From the IMG/VR virus record IMGVR_UViG_3300017963_000250: a DNA stretch of 64,000 nt, one strand, 5' to 3'. Positions 20,268 to 29,164 of this stretch are shown one piece after another; the first letter of the stretch is position 1, and each line of letters opens with the position of its first letter. The translations under genes were made by a program, and so were the position numbers. This DNA comes from an uncultured virus (IMG/VR IMGVR_UViG_3300017963_000250). Its lineage: Duplodnaviria; Heunggongvirae; Uroviricota; Caudoviricetes. The notes under the pieces were generated by a model that made no database searches, was not told the origin of the DNA, and saw nothing but the letters and a program-made list of their open reading frames with translations.

Positions 20268-20282
20268 GAGGAGGGAAACGAC

Positions 20283-20900
20283 ATGAGCCTACAGACAAAC
20301 AAGGCCAAAATAGGCGATGTCTCGGGTGGTAATTATCTCGATGTCGAGAGCGATGGCACGATAGAATTCAACGGCAATGCAACCGTTTGGGAAGATCTTC
20401 GTGTGTCGCTAGAGCGCGGCAAAGTAGCAGGGGGGAATGTGCCGACATTTGCCGCCGTAAACGGCACAAGTATTTATGCGTACCATTTTGCGGCTAACGA
20501 TGAAATTTGGTTTTCGGTCCAGATGCCTCACGCCTGGAAGCTGGGCACCACAATCTATCCGCATCTTCACTGGATGCCGACGACCGATGTCGATCCAAGT
20601 GACAACGTGAGAATCATACTCGACTATGCCTGGGTCAACATTGGTGACGACTACCCGGCACCGACCACGCTTACGCGTGACGTGCCGACTGGCGTCAATA
20701 ACGCTTTCAACCACCGTCTCCACAACTTCGACGACAGCGGAATTAGCGGCGCTGGCAAGACGCTGTCCTCCGTAATATTGTGTCGCTTCGCCAGGGGCAC
20801 CGCTGCGGCCGATAATTACGCCGGCGATATTGTCGGCATGGAAATTGATTTTCATTATGAAATTGATACTGTCGGTAGCCGACAGATAACGACAAAATAA
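20283..20900 (+). CDS. Putative virion beta-sandwich protein
   Basis: WEDLR, FSVQMPHAWK.GT.IYPHLHW, DFHYEID motifs typical of phage structural hypothetical proteins. Confidence 0.55.
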   Translation: MSLQTNKAKIGDVSGGNYLDVESDGTIEFNGNATVWEDLRVSLERGKVAGGNVPTFAAVNGTSIYAYHFAANDEIWFSVQMPHAWKLGTTIYPHLHWMPTTDVDPSDNVRIILDYAWVNIGDDYPAPTTLTRDVPTGVNNAFNHRLHNFDDSGISGAGKTLSSVILCRFARGTAAADNYAGDIVGMEIDFHYEIDTVGSRQITTK

Positions 20901-20911
20901 GGAGCGAACGT

Positions 20912-21250
20912 ATGCCACTTACAAAATCTTTTACCACGGACTACGGCCCTACAGCAGAATATCACGTTGCAGAGGACGTACAGTTGGACTCCAGAAACCA
21001 GACCGGCACACTGACTGTCCGCGTCTATTACGACGCGGCCGCATATGCAGCCGGGAGCAACCATCTCGGAGAATTCACGATCCCGATCGACTCGGCTGGC
21101 ATGTACGACAGTGACGACGTATGGACGAAATTGGCCTGGTCCGAGGTGGGGAACGGCAAAAACCAATCACAAAGGGAAACGTATCTCAAGGGGCACAAAG
21201 GCAAGTACGGTAGCAAAATAGTCGACTACACGACAGCAACCGGCCCATAA
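20912..21250 (+). CDS. Hypothetical virion-associated protein
   Basis: SD AAGGAG; last gene before the terminator. Confidence 0.55.
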   Translation: MPLTKSFTTDYGPTAEYHVAEDVQLDSRNQTGTLTVRVYYDAAAYAAGSNHLGEFTIPIDSAGMYDSDDVWTKLAWSEVGNGKNQSQRETYLKGHKGKYGSKIVDYTTATGP

Positions 21251-21296
21251 CACACACAACACAATTCCATCCCAAAGCACATCACTATCTACCTAT

Positions 21297-21330
21297 CACC
21301 CCCCGGCATACCGGGGGGTGTTTTTATTTT
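21297..21330 (+). terminator. Rho-independent terminator
   Basis: CACCCCCCGG-cata-CCGGGGGGTG then TTTTTATTTT. Confidence 0.85.
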
Positions 21331-21427
21331 GTCCCACCAAAATATCATAATATACAAATTTTGTTATTGTATTTTTCTGGCTACATGTTACAATTACAGT
21401 GGCTAAATTTTTAAAGAGGAGGCGCAT

Positions 21428-21682
21428 ATGGGTGAAATAGAGGAATACGAGGACGTGGAGGAGCTTATTGCCCCGGCTATGGTAGCCAAGATAATAAGCA
21501 AGTCGCTAACGACCGTCCACAAATACGTCCAAAACGGGACGATAAACGGTACAGTGATAGAGATAGAGACCGAGGCGGGGAAAAGGCGAATGTACCATAT
21601 CCCACGTCGCGCGGTCATGGAGTACCTCCAGGGGACAACCCACCCAGAAGCGAAGAAAATGATCATGGAGGCGGAAAAGTGA
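21428..21682 (+). CDS. Excisionase-like winged-HTH protein
   Basis: VAKIISKSLTTVHKYVQNGTI...YHIPR. Confidence 0.6.
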   Translation: MGEIEEYEDVEELIAPAMVAKIISKSLTTVHKYVQNGTINGTVIEIETEAGKRRMYHIPRRAVMEYLQGTTHPEAKKMIMEAEK

Positions 21683-21697
21683 GGAAAGGGACAAAAA

Positions 21698-22288
21698 ATG
21701 GGAGTACTAGACGAACACTGGTGCAGTCGCTGCAAACGCGACCTCGCCAAAAAGAAGGACAAGTATATCGAGATCAACCAGGTGAACTGCGACAAGAGGG
21801 AGGCCGCGAAGGAGGGCCGGCATACCCGTGTCTTCCTGTGCCACGGGTGCCTCGATAACGAACCGGCGACCAAGCAACTGCTCGACGAGCTTCGCCTGCA
21901 CGGTAACCCGAACTTCCTCCCCTCCATACAGTGTCGTTCGAGGGACGTATGTCCGGATTACAAGTACCGCAATACGAAGGTGCAGTGCCGGCATATCTAC
22001 GTGGTTAAAAACAAGGTGTACTGCGGCCGGCGGCACCCCGGATCGGTCACCTTGAACCGCGACAAGGCCATGGTCGATCAGGAGCACCACAAGCAGTTCT
22101 CCGCGTTCATAGAGAAATATTTCGCTACGTTTATGCCGAAGTCCGAACGTGGCGAACTCTGGCCGTTGATCGAAAAGATCTGCAAGAACCTCGGGTTTGC
22201 GAACGAGGTCACGCCATCCGTACTGTCCATGGTGCCGGACGAAGAGATCGTGGTCGACGAGTGCCTCGTCGGAAAGGAGCGGAAATGA
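21698..22288 (+). CDS. Cys-rich hypothetical protein
   Basis: 196-aa ORF with CSRC and CHGC, in operon. Confidence 0.6.
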   Translation: MGVLDEHWCSRCKRDLAKKKDKYIEINQVNCDKREAAKEGRHTRVFLCHGCLDNEPATKQLLDELRLHGNPNFLPSIQCRSRDVCPDYKYRNTKVQCRHIYVVKNKVYCGRRHPGSVTLNRDKAMVDQEHHKQFSAFIEKYFATFMPKSERGELWPLIEKICKNLGFANEVTPSVLSMVPDEEIVVDECLVGKERK

Positions 22289-22511
22289 CCTGGAAGGAGC
22301 TCGAAGAACAATTGGGCAAGCTGGACATGACCGGCCCGGAGGGCAAAATGTTCGCGCTCCTGATAAAGCACGTTATCGGTCATGAATCCAGGATACTCTC
22401 CCTGGAGAGACAACTGACCCAGAAGGACGAACCGGAAGAGGAGGCGGAAATGCCGGCCTGGTACCGGTCGAACCGGGTGACGGTGGAACGGGACGATGGT
22501 GAGAAGGAGAA

Positions 22512-22599
22512 TTGACCGCAGAGGGCGCGGAGGACGCAGAGAAGACCTGGGGGAAACTTTTTGTAAAAAGTTTCCCCCAGACCCCCTTCAAAAACTTTG
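22512..22599 (+). repeat. Dispersed REP-like repeat, copy E
   Basis: Same modules as copy A. Confidence 0.85.
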
Positions 22600-22615
22600 A
22601 TGTGGAGGACGAGAG

Positions 22616-23041
22616 ATGAAGATAAAGCGACTTGAGCATTTTTATAAACAGGATCATCCGGATCCGCCGGAGCACGCGCGTGATCTTGTACCATTAAACT
22701 GGTCGGTAGTTTATACGCCAGAGAAGAGGATACCGGTCGAGTGGAAAGACTCCCTGATATGGTGTCCATCACAGTGTGAAGGGTGGATAAAGCATAGTCC
22801 GGACAATTACACCGTTCTTTACCTGCGCTGGCGGCATGATGATCCGTGGTCGTTCAATATACTTTCCAATATACCGGAAAAGTACCTGTCGGCGGATAAT
22901 CTCCGGGCTGCGACCTGGACCGAATGCCTGTTCGCCGATTACCATCTTTTTTTCTGCGATGTCGAACTTGAAATCGCACGGTTCGCGGCGATGGAGATCT
23001 ATGATGAGGAATGCGATGCGCCTCATCGAAAGCTTTTGTGA
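22616..23041 (+). CDS. Hypothetical phage protein
   Basis: SD GGAGG; WCPSQCEG, YLRWRHDDPW. Confidence 0.55.
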   Translation: MKIKRLEHFYKQDHPDPPEHARDLVPLNWSVVYTPEKRIPVEWKDSLIWCPSQCEGWIKHSPDNYTVLYLRWRHDDPWSFNILSNIPEKYLSADNLRAATWTECLFADYHLFFCDVELEIARFAAMEIYDEECDAPHRKLL

Positions 23042-23354
23042 CAGGGGACGCGGAGAGGATAAAACATGATGTTCGATAATATATGGCAGAAAGACCCGGA
23101 TAAATTGTTTCAGCATATGGACGACATCAAGGAAATGGCCGATCATTTAGCGGATCATGGCCTCAATACGGTCGCGCAGCGTACGCGGCTGTTGCTCTCG
23201 TTTATGGCGCTCGCAATAGAGGCCGTTGCGAGAGAACAGGCCGGACTCAAGGACGTCTGGTATCATGCGGAACGGCATGTGTCTGGGAAAGGTTTCGATT
23301 ATTTAAAAAAAGCGGCGGAAGTCTACGTTGCTATAAACAGAAAGGAGCAGTAGC

Positions 23355-23741
23355 ATGAGCTATATGCGACACCACGCAATGATCGTTACTACTTTTACCC
23401 CTGAATACGCGCAAAAAGCACATGGAGTAGCAGTCGAAATTTTTGGGGAACGAGTTACCCCTATAATAACTGATAACGTAAACGCATACAAGACTTTTTT
23501 TATAGTTCCGGACGGGTCGAAAGAAGGATGGGACGCAAGCGAAATTGGCGATATGCAGCGTGACAGGTTCATTGAATGGCTGGATTCGACCAGACACGAG
23601 GATGGGTCATGCTCTTACTCCTGGGTCGAAGTGCAGTACGGTGATGACGAAAAAAAGACACTGGTTGTCGGGAATAATAGGGAAGTTGGAACATCACCAG
23701 GGGATAGCCTCTTTTCCGGCCTATTTCGGGGATGTGAATAA
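23355..23741 (+). CDS. Hypothetical phage protein
   Basis: SD AAGGAG; PDGSKEGW motif. Confidence 0.6.
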   Translation: MSYMRHHAMIVTTFTPEYAQKAHGVAVEIFGERVTPIITDNVNAYKTFFIVPDGSKEGWDASEIGDMQRDRFIEWLDSTRHEDGSCSYSWVEVQYGDDEKKTLVVGNNREVGTSPGDSLFSGLFRGCE

Positions 23742-25440
23742 GGGAGAAAACGAATGACCAGTGGTAACTACAATGATAAGCTTACCGAGGGCGAACTTGA
23801 GGCGTTAGGGGCACTTGCCCTGAGTGGTCCGACGACCTATATCGCTCCGGAGGGGAAAACGCTAATTCGGCGGTTGCTAAGAGAGCATCGCGAGCAGAGA
23901 CGGACCATAGAGAAGCTTCAGCCTGGGTTGCCGGTAAATATTCTAATGGACCGGAACGAGGACGGCGAATACGAGGCGTGGTTCATGGACGACAAGAGCC
24001 AAAACGCGACAGGCAAGACCACTGAGGAGGCGATTGGCATTTTGGTGCATGACCATCAGCATGAACTCGGGATAAAAATAGAGATAGAGACCGGGTTTTG
24101 TCATTTCACCGAATGGTAGGAGAAAACATGGACGAAAGGACACAAACGAATACAGACGTATGTAATTATAGCGGGGTGTATTCCTTTGGCGATAATGGTC
24201 CCGCTAAAGATCAGTGTAACGGCAGTACCGAAATTTGCCATATATGCAAAAAGCATGTCTGTGAGCGCCATATGATGGGGATTCGGTCGGGAGAACAGGT
24301 AGAACCGATGTGTTATTTCTGTCACAGGAGGCTTTCCGAGGAATTGAAACGGGAGCAGAGCAACCCAAAGAACCCGGTTACGGCACGCTTTATCTATGAA
24401 AGCAACATCTCTGCCGTGAAAGACTCGGCAAGGGTGCCGCTGAGGCTTGCGGTCTATATCCATCTGGCCGATGCGTATAATGAGGCACTCGTCCATTTCG
24501 GCCCGCATTCGACCGAAGTATCGTACGCGCTTTCGTTATTTCGCGAGTATTTTGGCGATGATTTTTTGGAGGTAACGAGAAAAGATGGTTGATTTACTGC
24601 CTGCGATATTGGACTTTGAGCGAAAATCTTTGATTGGCAGCATACACTCGTATGTCAATTATTTTAGGGACTCCATAGAGAATGGGCGAGCAGAGTTTTA
24701 TCGTCCTGTAACCGAAGAAACATTCAAAGATGCCTTCGATGAAATAGAAAAAAGGAAGAGGCAATTTAATGAGGCGATTGTTTCGTATTCTCGCGACGGC
24801 ACATTACAGATAATAGCGTCTGTTGGAGACGGGGTAAGGATGCGCGAACATCCAGATTACAAATCAATGTACGACTTTATTGTATGGGCCGAGTCGGAAA
24901 TAAACCGGATACATAAAATATGGAGGTAACGTAGATGGCAAATTTTAGTGACGATGATCTGCACAAACTCGCCGATAGCCATGATAGCTATGAGAACAGG
25001 AAGAAAATGTTTTTCCAGGTATCTTACATGGCCGAGGTGAAGGTATATCATGACAAAATCAGGAAATATGACTATCGCATTGTAAACTGTGTTCGTTCCC
25101 CGGCGATGGGTCTTTTTTATTTCTCGCTTTTTCTTGTATCTCATCTTTTCCAGGCGTTTATAATCGCTTTTTGCATGGTGGGGTACCTGGTCGTGTTGCC
25201 GGTATACCTGATTTCTCCACTATATATGAGGATACGCGCTGGACACGCGATAAGAAACGCTCTTGTCACCATGGATATGGTCGGCGAGGAAGACAAGAGC
25301 AAGATGGACGCAGTGAACAGGATGCTCGCGGAGGGGATGCTGCACAAGGACAAGGTTTACCGCCGGGACGGGACTGTTGCCGGCATAAACGACGAGGGGT
25401 ACGAGGTCGAGGAAGGCGAAGAGAATGGAGGGATACAGAC

Positions 25441-26070
25441 GTGATGACGAAAAAGAACGGTATGGACGAAAAGATAAAAGAGTTGCGGGCGGCGGCAAGA
25501 AGACGTCCCATACATGAAATTTACACGCAACCGTTATCGCTTCCCTTTGTACTGAAAGACAGGGGCGTTTATGACGATCTGTATTTCGCGCCAGATGGTT
25601 ACTATTATTATATGCATGGGATATCGGTATTTTTCTCCAACCTGTCCGAAGATGGCATGAAGAATTTGGTGGACCGTGTGATTGAGGATAGTCGTTTGAA
25701 GCTTTTTGTTGGGAATTGCAAAACCGGAAAGGAGTATTTTTCGATCGAGCCCCTCCACCCGATCGTGTACGAGGTGAACCCGGTGTCTATGTCTTCGGTA
25801 GAGCCGGTGAATATGCTCATCGGTGGCGAGAAGGTCATGTACCGTACAGAGGAGGAGGCGAGGGACGCCGCCAATGCCTGTATGGATAAGGCCAGGTTTT
25901 TTGACTTGACGTCGGTGCTCAACGATACACAGAAAATTTCCTGGCCCCTTGTTCTGACGGGAAGGCGTAACGACATATTGAAGGTCGAGCTTTTCCTTAA
26001 GAGACATTTGTCTGATTATGTGGGCTGCACCGTGTTTATACACGGGATGCTGGGGAGACCGCTGAGTTGA
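25441..26070 (+). CDS. Hypothetical protein
   Basis: Start refined to GTG 25441 overlapping the previous stop. Confidence 0.55.
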   Translation: MMTKKNGMDEKIKELRAAARRRPIHEIYTQPLSLPFVLKDRGVYDDLYFAPDGYYYYMHGISVFFSNLSEDGMKNLVDRVIEDSRLKLFVGNCKTGKEYFSIEPLHPIVYEVNPVSMSSVEPVNMLIGGEKVMYRTEEEARDAANACMDKARFFDLTSVLNDTQKISWPLVLTGRRNDILKVELFLKRHLSDYVGCTVFIHGMLGRPLS

Positions 26071-26570
26071 CAGGAAGGGGAGGAATGTTTGGAGGCGATC
26101 CACGGATGAGTAATATGGGCAAGAAGGATCGGTTGATGCGTGATGTCGATTCAATATACCGTGATATCTGAAGCAGAGACGGTAGCAAGTAAAATACTGC
26201 AATCGGCCGGTGATGGTATTTTTATAATGGGAATTCGACGTGTGGTAGATAGAGAACCTTGTTGCGGACACGAAGAAGCCTCTGGGTCATCTTTTGATCG
26301 GGAACTGCCTTCTAATGCTATCTGGCAATCCATTAAACATTGGGTAATAGATGGTTCACGCCCCTCTCAGGATCACGTTGACAACATTGTTGATACAATT
26401 ATAGACTTCAGACAAGAGACGCACAGGCTGAAAGGAGAAATTCAGGCATATATACCACTAGAAGAACCGGAAGAATAACCCCACTAAACGGATGTTTGAC
26501 GCCAGATGACATTTTCGCCCACTCCCCCCACCATATGGTGTCTCATATTGCCATCTCGGAAAACAACCTC

Positions 26571-26598
26571 TTGACAAAGGCGTCAATGTGGATATAAT
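26571..26598 (+). promoter_or_regulatory. Consensus sigma70 promoter
   Basis: TTGACA (26571), 16 bp, TATAAT (26593). Confidence 0.75.
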
Positions 26599-26652
26599 GA
26601 GAATTGTTATAGGGGGAGGCGTGACCGGCGGTAATGCCTGCTTGTATCCCCG

Positions 26653-26904
26653 CTACTCATATTCAATCTCACACTCCTCGGGATGCATTTCTCCCGATGC
26701 CAGCATAAATACAATCAGCTTGATACTCTTTGCCGGTTCACGGATGCCTTTCTCCCAGGTAGAGATGCTGCTAGGTGAAACTCCCAAAATTTCGCCTAGT
26801 TCCATTTGTGTCGCCTTTATCCGTAATCGTGCCATCCTGCAAGCCATTGCAAAATTTTCTGCTTTGACTTCAAGAATTATTTTTCTTTTTTTTCTCTTTG
26901 CCAT
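26653..26904 (-). CDS. XRE-family HTH repressor
   Basis: ATQMELGEILGVSPSSISTWEKGIREP; SD AGGAGG. Confidence 0.85.
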   Translation of the reverse strand: MAKRKKRKIILEVKAENFAMACRMARLRIKATQMELGEILGVSPSSISTWEKGIREPAKSIKLIVFMLASGEMHPEECEIEYE

Positions 26905-27555
26905 AATTTTATCCTCCTATAAAAATTATACTCAGACCAATTTCTATATTCTATAAAAAAAATAGGGGGAAAATAAAAAACCTTCTTTTAAAAGGAATAG
27001 ACAGTATACAACTTTTGGTTTAGAAGGAGACGAGTAAATGGAATACATTAACTTCAAGGACAGGCTTTTAAAAAAGATAGGAGACCATCTTGAGGAGCAT
27101 GACAAGTTTCCGAATACGGTATATATACCGAATCACGAAAAAATTGAGATCATGAAGCTGACAGCCGATGAAGTGGGAAGCGAGGTAGCCGGGCAGATAT
27201 TCCGATATGGCCCCACGACCTGGAAAATTTGTTCGGTCTAAAAATTATTTGGGACGCAGAAACTTTCGAAGTAAAACGGGTAAAAACGGGGACATGTCCA
27301 TGGTAAAGCTTGAAGCACGAAAAGAGAATGGTGGCATATGGATATCCGAGGGTTCGTTCGAACACCTGCTGAATTGTCTCGCTAACCAGCAGTTCGTTGG
27401 CGAGCGTCCACCATGTGGCGACGCTGTCGCGATGTCGCCAGAGGAATATGCAACAATACATCAGGAAATGCAAGACGTGATCGACGATTTTTATCGCCAG
27501 TGCATGGGGTTTTTCCATGGCAAAAAATAATTCCTTGAAAAATTAAATTTTATCC

Positions 27556-27583
27556 TTGACATTTCAATTTTATACCGTACAAT
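27556..27583 (+). promoter_or_regulatory. Promoter of the omegaRNA/array locus
   Basis: TTGACA (27556), 16 bp, TACAAT (27578); predicted TSS about 27588-27590. Confidence 0.75.
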
Positions 27584-27587
27584 AAAG

Positions 27588-27812
27588 GTGGACTATGCGG
27601 GGGTAACCCCGAGGTGAATCAGCTTCAGTGCTTCGGCACTACGTTATCTGGGGATATGACACCCGCGTGTGCTTCTCCAGCATTCGGCACTGTCGTCCCT
27701 GAGTAAACAGACCTGTGTTGCAGGGTCAGTCGAGGGGACGCGACAAACCCGGATAACATTGGCGAGGAGAGACGCCGAAAGGCGCGTTACAAGCCCCGAA
27801 AGGGGCTCTTTT
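27588..27812 (+). ncRNA. omegaRNA (HEARO-like IscB scaffold) with a 5' anti-repeat, acting tracrRNA-like
   Basis: Characteristic omegaRNA segments CAGCTTCAG, CTACGTTAT, ATGACACC, TGCTTCTCCAGC, CACTGTCG, TAAACAG, ATAACATTGGCGAGGAGA, GCGTTACAAG. Ends in AGCCCC-GAAA-GGGGCT + T-run. iscB lies downstream. Confidence 0.85.
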
Positions 27813-27852
27813 TATAGGGGGACGTCATTGCGTGGCAGCGTCACTGATAAGA

Positions 27853-29128
27853 GTTTGTCGGCAACCGTAGCCCGAGCGGCCAAGCATCCGAGTTCACAGC
27901 AAGCCATAGTTCGGTGGCAATAATAATAGTTCGCAGCAAAACATAGTTCGACAAAAACGATGGGTATTTCTTCCATCACTGGCTCGCAGACTTAGCTATG
28001 CGTGTTCATCAACAACCATAGTTCACAGTATAAAACGGTGGTCGTCGAATAAGGGATCAGAGTTCACCGCAACCATAACTCCACGACAATAGCTTGCACC
28101 GGCGAGTTCACCAACAACCATAGTCCGACTGATTGAACGTCATATAAGTTTGCCGTCAACCATAGTCCACAGCCAGTTCACAACAACTATAGTTCAAAGA
28201 CTTGCTCATAGCAGTCCAATTTTTCTGTGGTTCGCCACAAACCATAGTCCTAATATAAAGAGAAGGTGGAAATTCGCCACAAACCATGGTCCGGTATGCA
28301 AAAAAGTGTTGACAGCGATATTGAATTGCAGCCGTTCACGGCAAGCCATAGTACAATTAAAGGCTCCGAGTCCACAGTAACCATAGTCCAACTAAAACAT
28401 GGCAGCGCCGGCAGGAACCTTTAATGATGTCCCGTTCACAGCAAACCATAGTCCAAAATGCAAAAAAGAGAAACACCGAAACATGCGCTCACCGCAACCA
28501 AGTCCAAAAATTTGTAACTGCTGTTCACGGCGAATCATGGTCCAGCGAGGATTACGAAGGATGGGGTTCGCCGCAACCCATAGTCCGACAGTTAGCCAGA
28601 TGCATTTAAGTTCACAGCGAATCATGGTCCAGGCACAATGCGACGGATTTGGTTCACAGCGAACCATAGTCCAAGATGTATAGAAGTTTGTTCACCATTA
28701 ACCATAGTTCAACAAAAACAGAGTATGGCTAACATCATGTTCACAGCAAAACATAGTCCAACAAAAGCAATGGCACCAGATGTTGGTTCGCCGCAAAACA
28801 TAGTTCAACAAAGCTCCTTTTGGCCTAGCAATGCGTTCACAGCGTACCATAGTTCAACAGAAACGTGAGAGAATTACCCTCTCTCTATCAATCAAGAGTA
28901 TGTCGTTCACGGCGAACCATAGTTCAACAGGAACAGTTCAAGTCATCGTATCTGTAAAGTCCTTAATCGAGTTCACGGCAACCCATAGTTCAACAAAAAC
29001 TTTACGCGGTGTAGGTTCTCATGAAAAAATTGCGTTCACAGCAAACCATAGTTCAACAAAAACTGGAGAATTGTGTGAATTGCAGCATATGCGCCCGGGT
29101 TCACAGCAAACCATAGTTCAACAAAAAC
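27853..29128 (+). CRISPR. Degenerate CRISPR-like array, about 26 repeats, consensus GTTCACAGCAAACCATAGTTCAACAAAAAC
   Basis: Repeat starts at 27853, 27892, 27929, 28004, 28062, 28106, 28148, 28176, 28230, 28272, 28334, 28370, 28434, 28487, 28523, 28566, 28610, 28652, 28690, 28739, 28786, 28835, 28905, 28971, 29034, 29099, with unique intervening sequences. Confidence 0.85.
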
Positions 29129-29164
29129 CCCCAGTAAAATGGGGGTTTTACCAAAGGAGGTAAA

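Noticed and set aside
28309..28340. TTGACA inside a spacer as an internal array promoter
   Set aside because: No -10 element at 16-18 bp spacing
27853..29128. Self-targeting spacers
   Set aside because: I saw no match elsewhere in the window by eye. This was not exhaustive and needs a short-word alignment.
27669..29163. Short ORFs in the array region (e.g. 28150-28380, 28399-28683, 28831-29163) with FTANHS/TIVQ repeats
   Set aside because: These are translations of the DNA repeats. Repeat periods are not consistently multiples of three and there are no SD sites.
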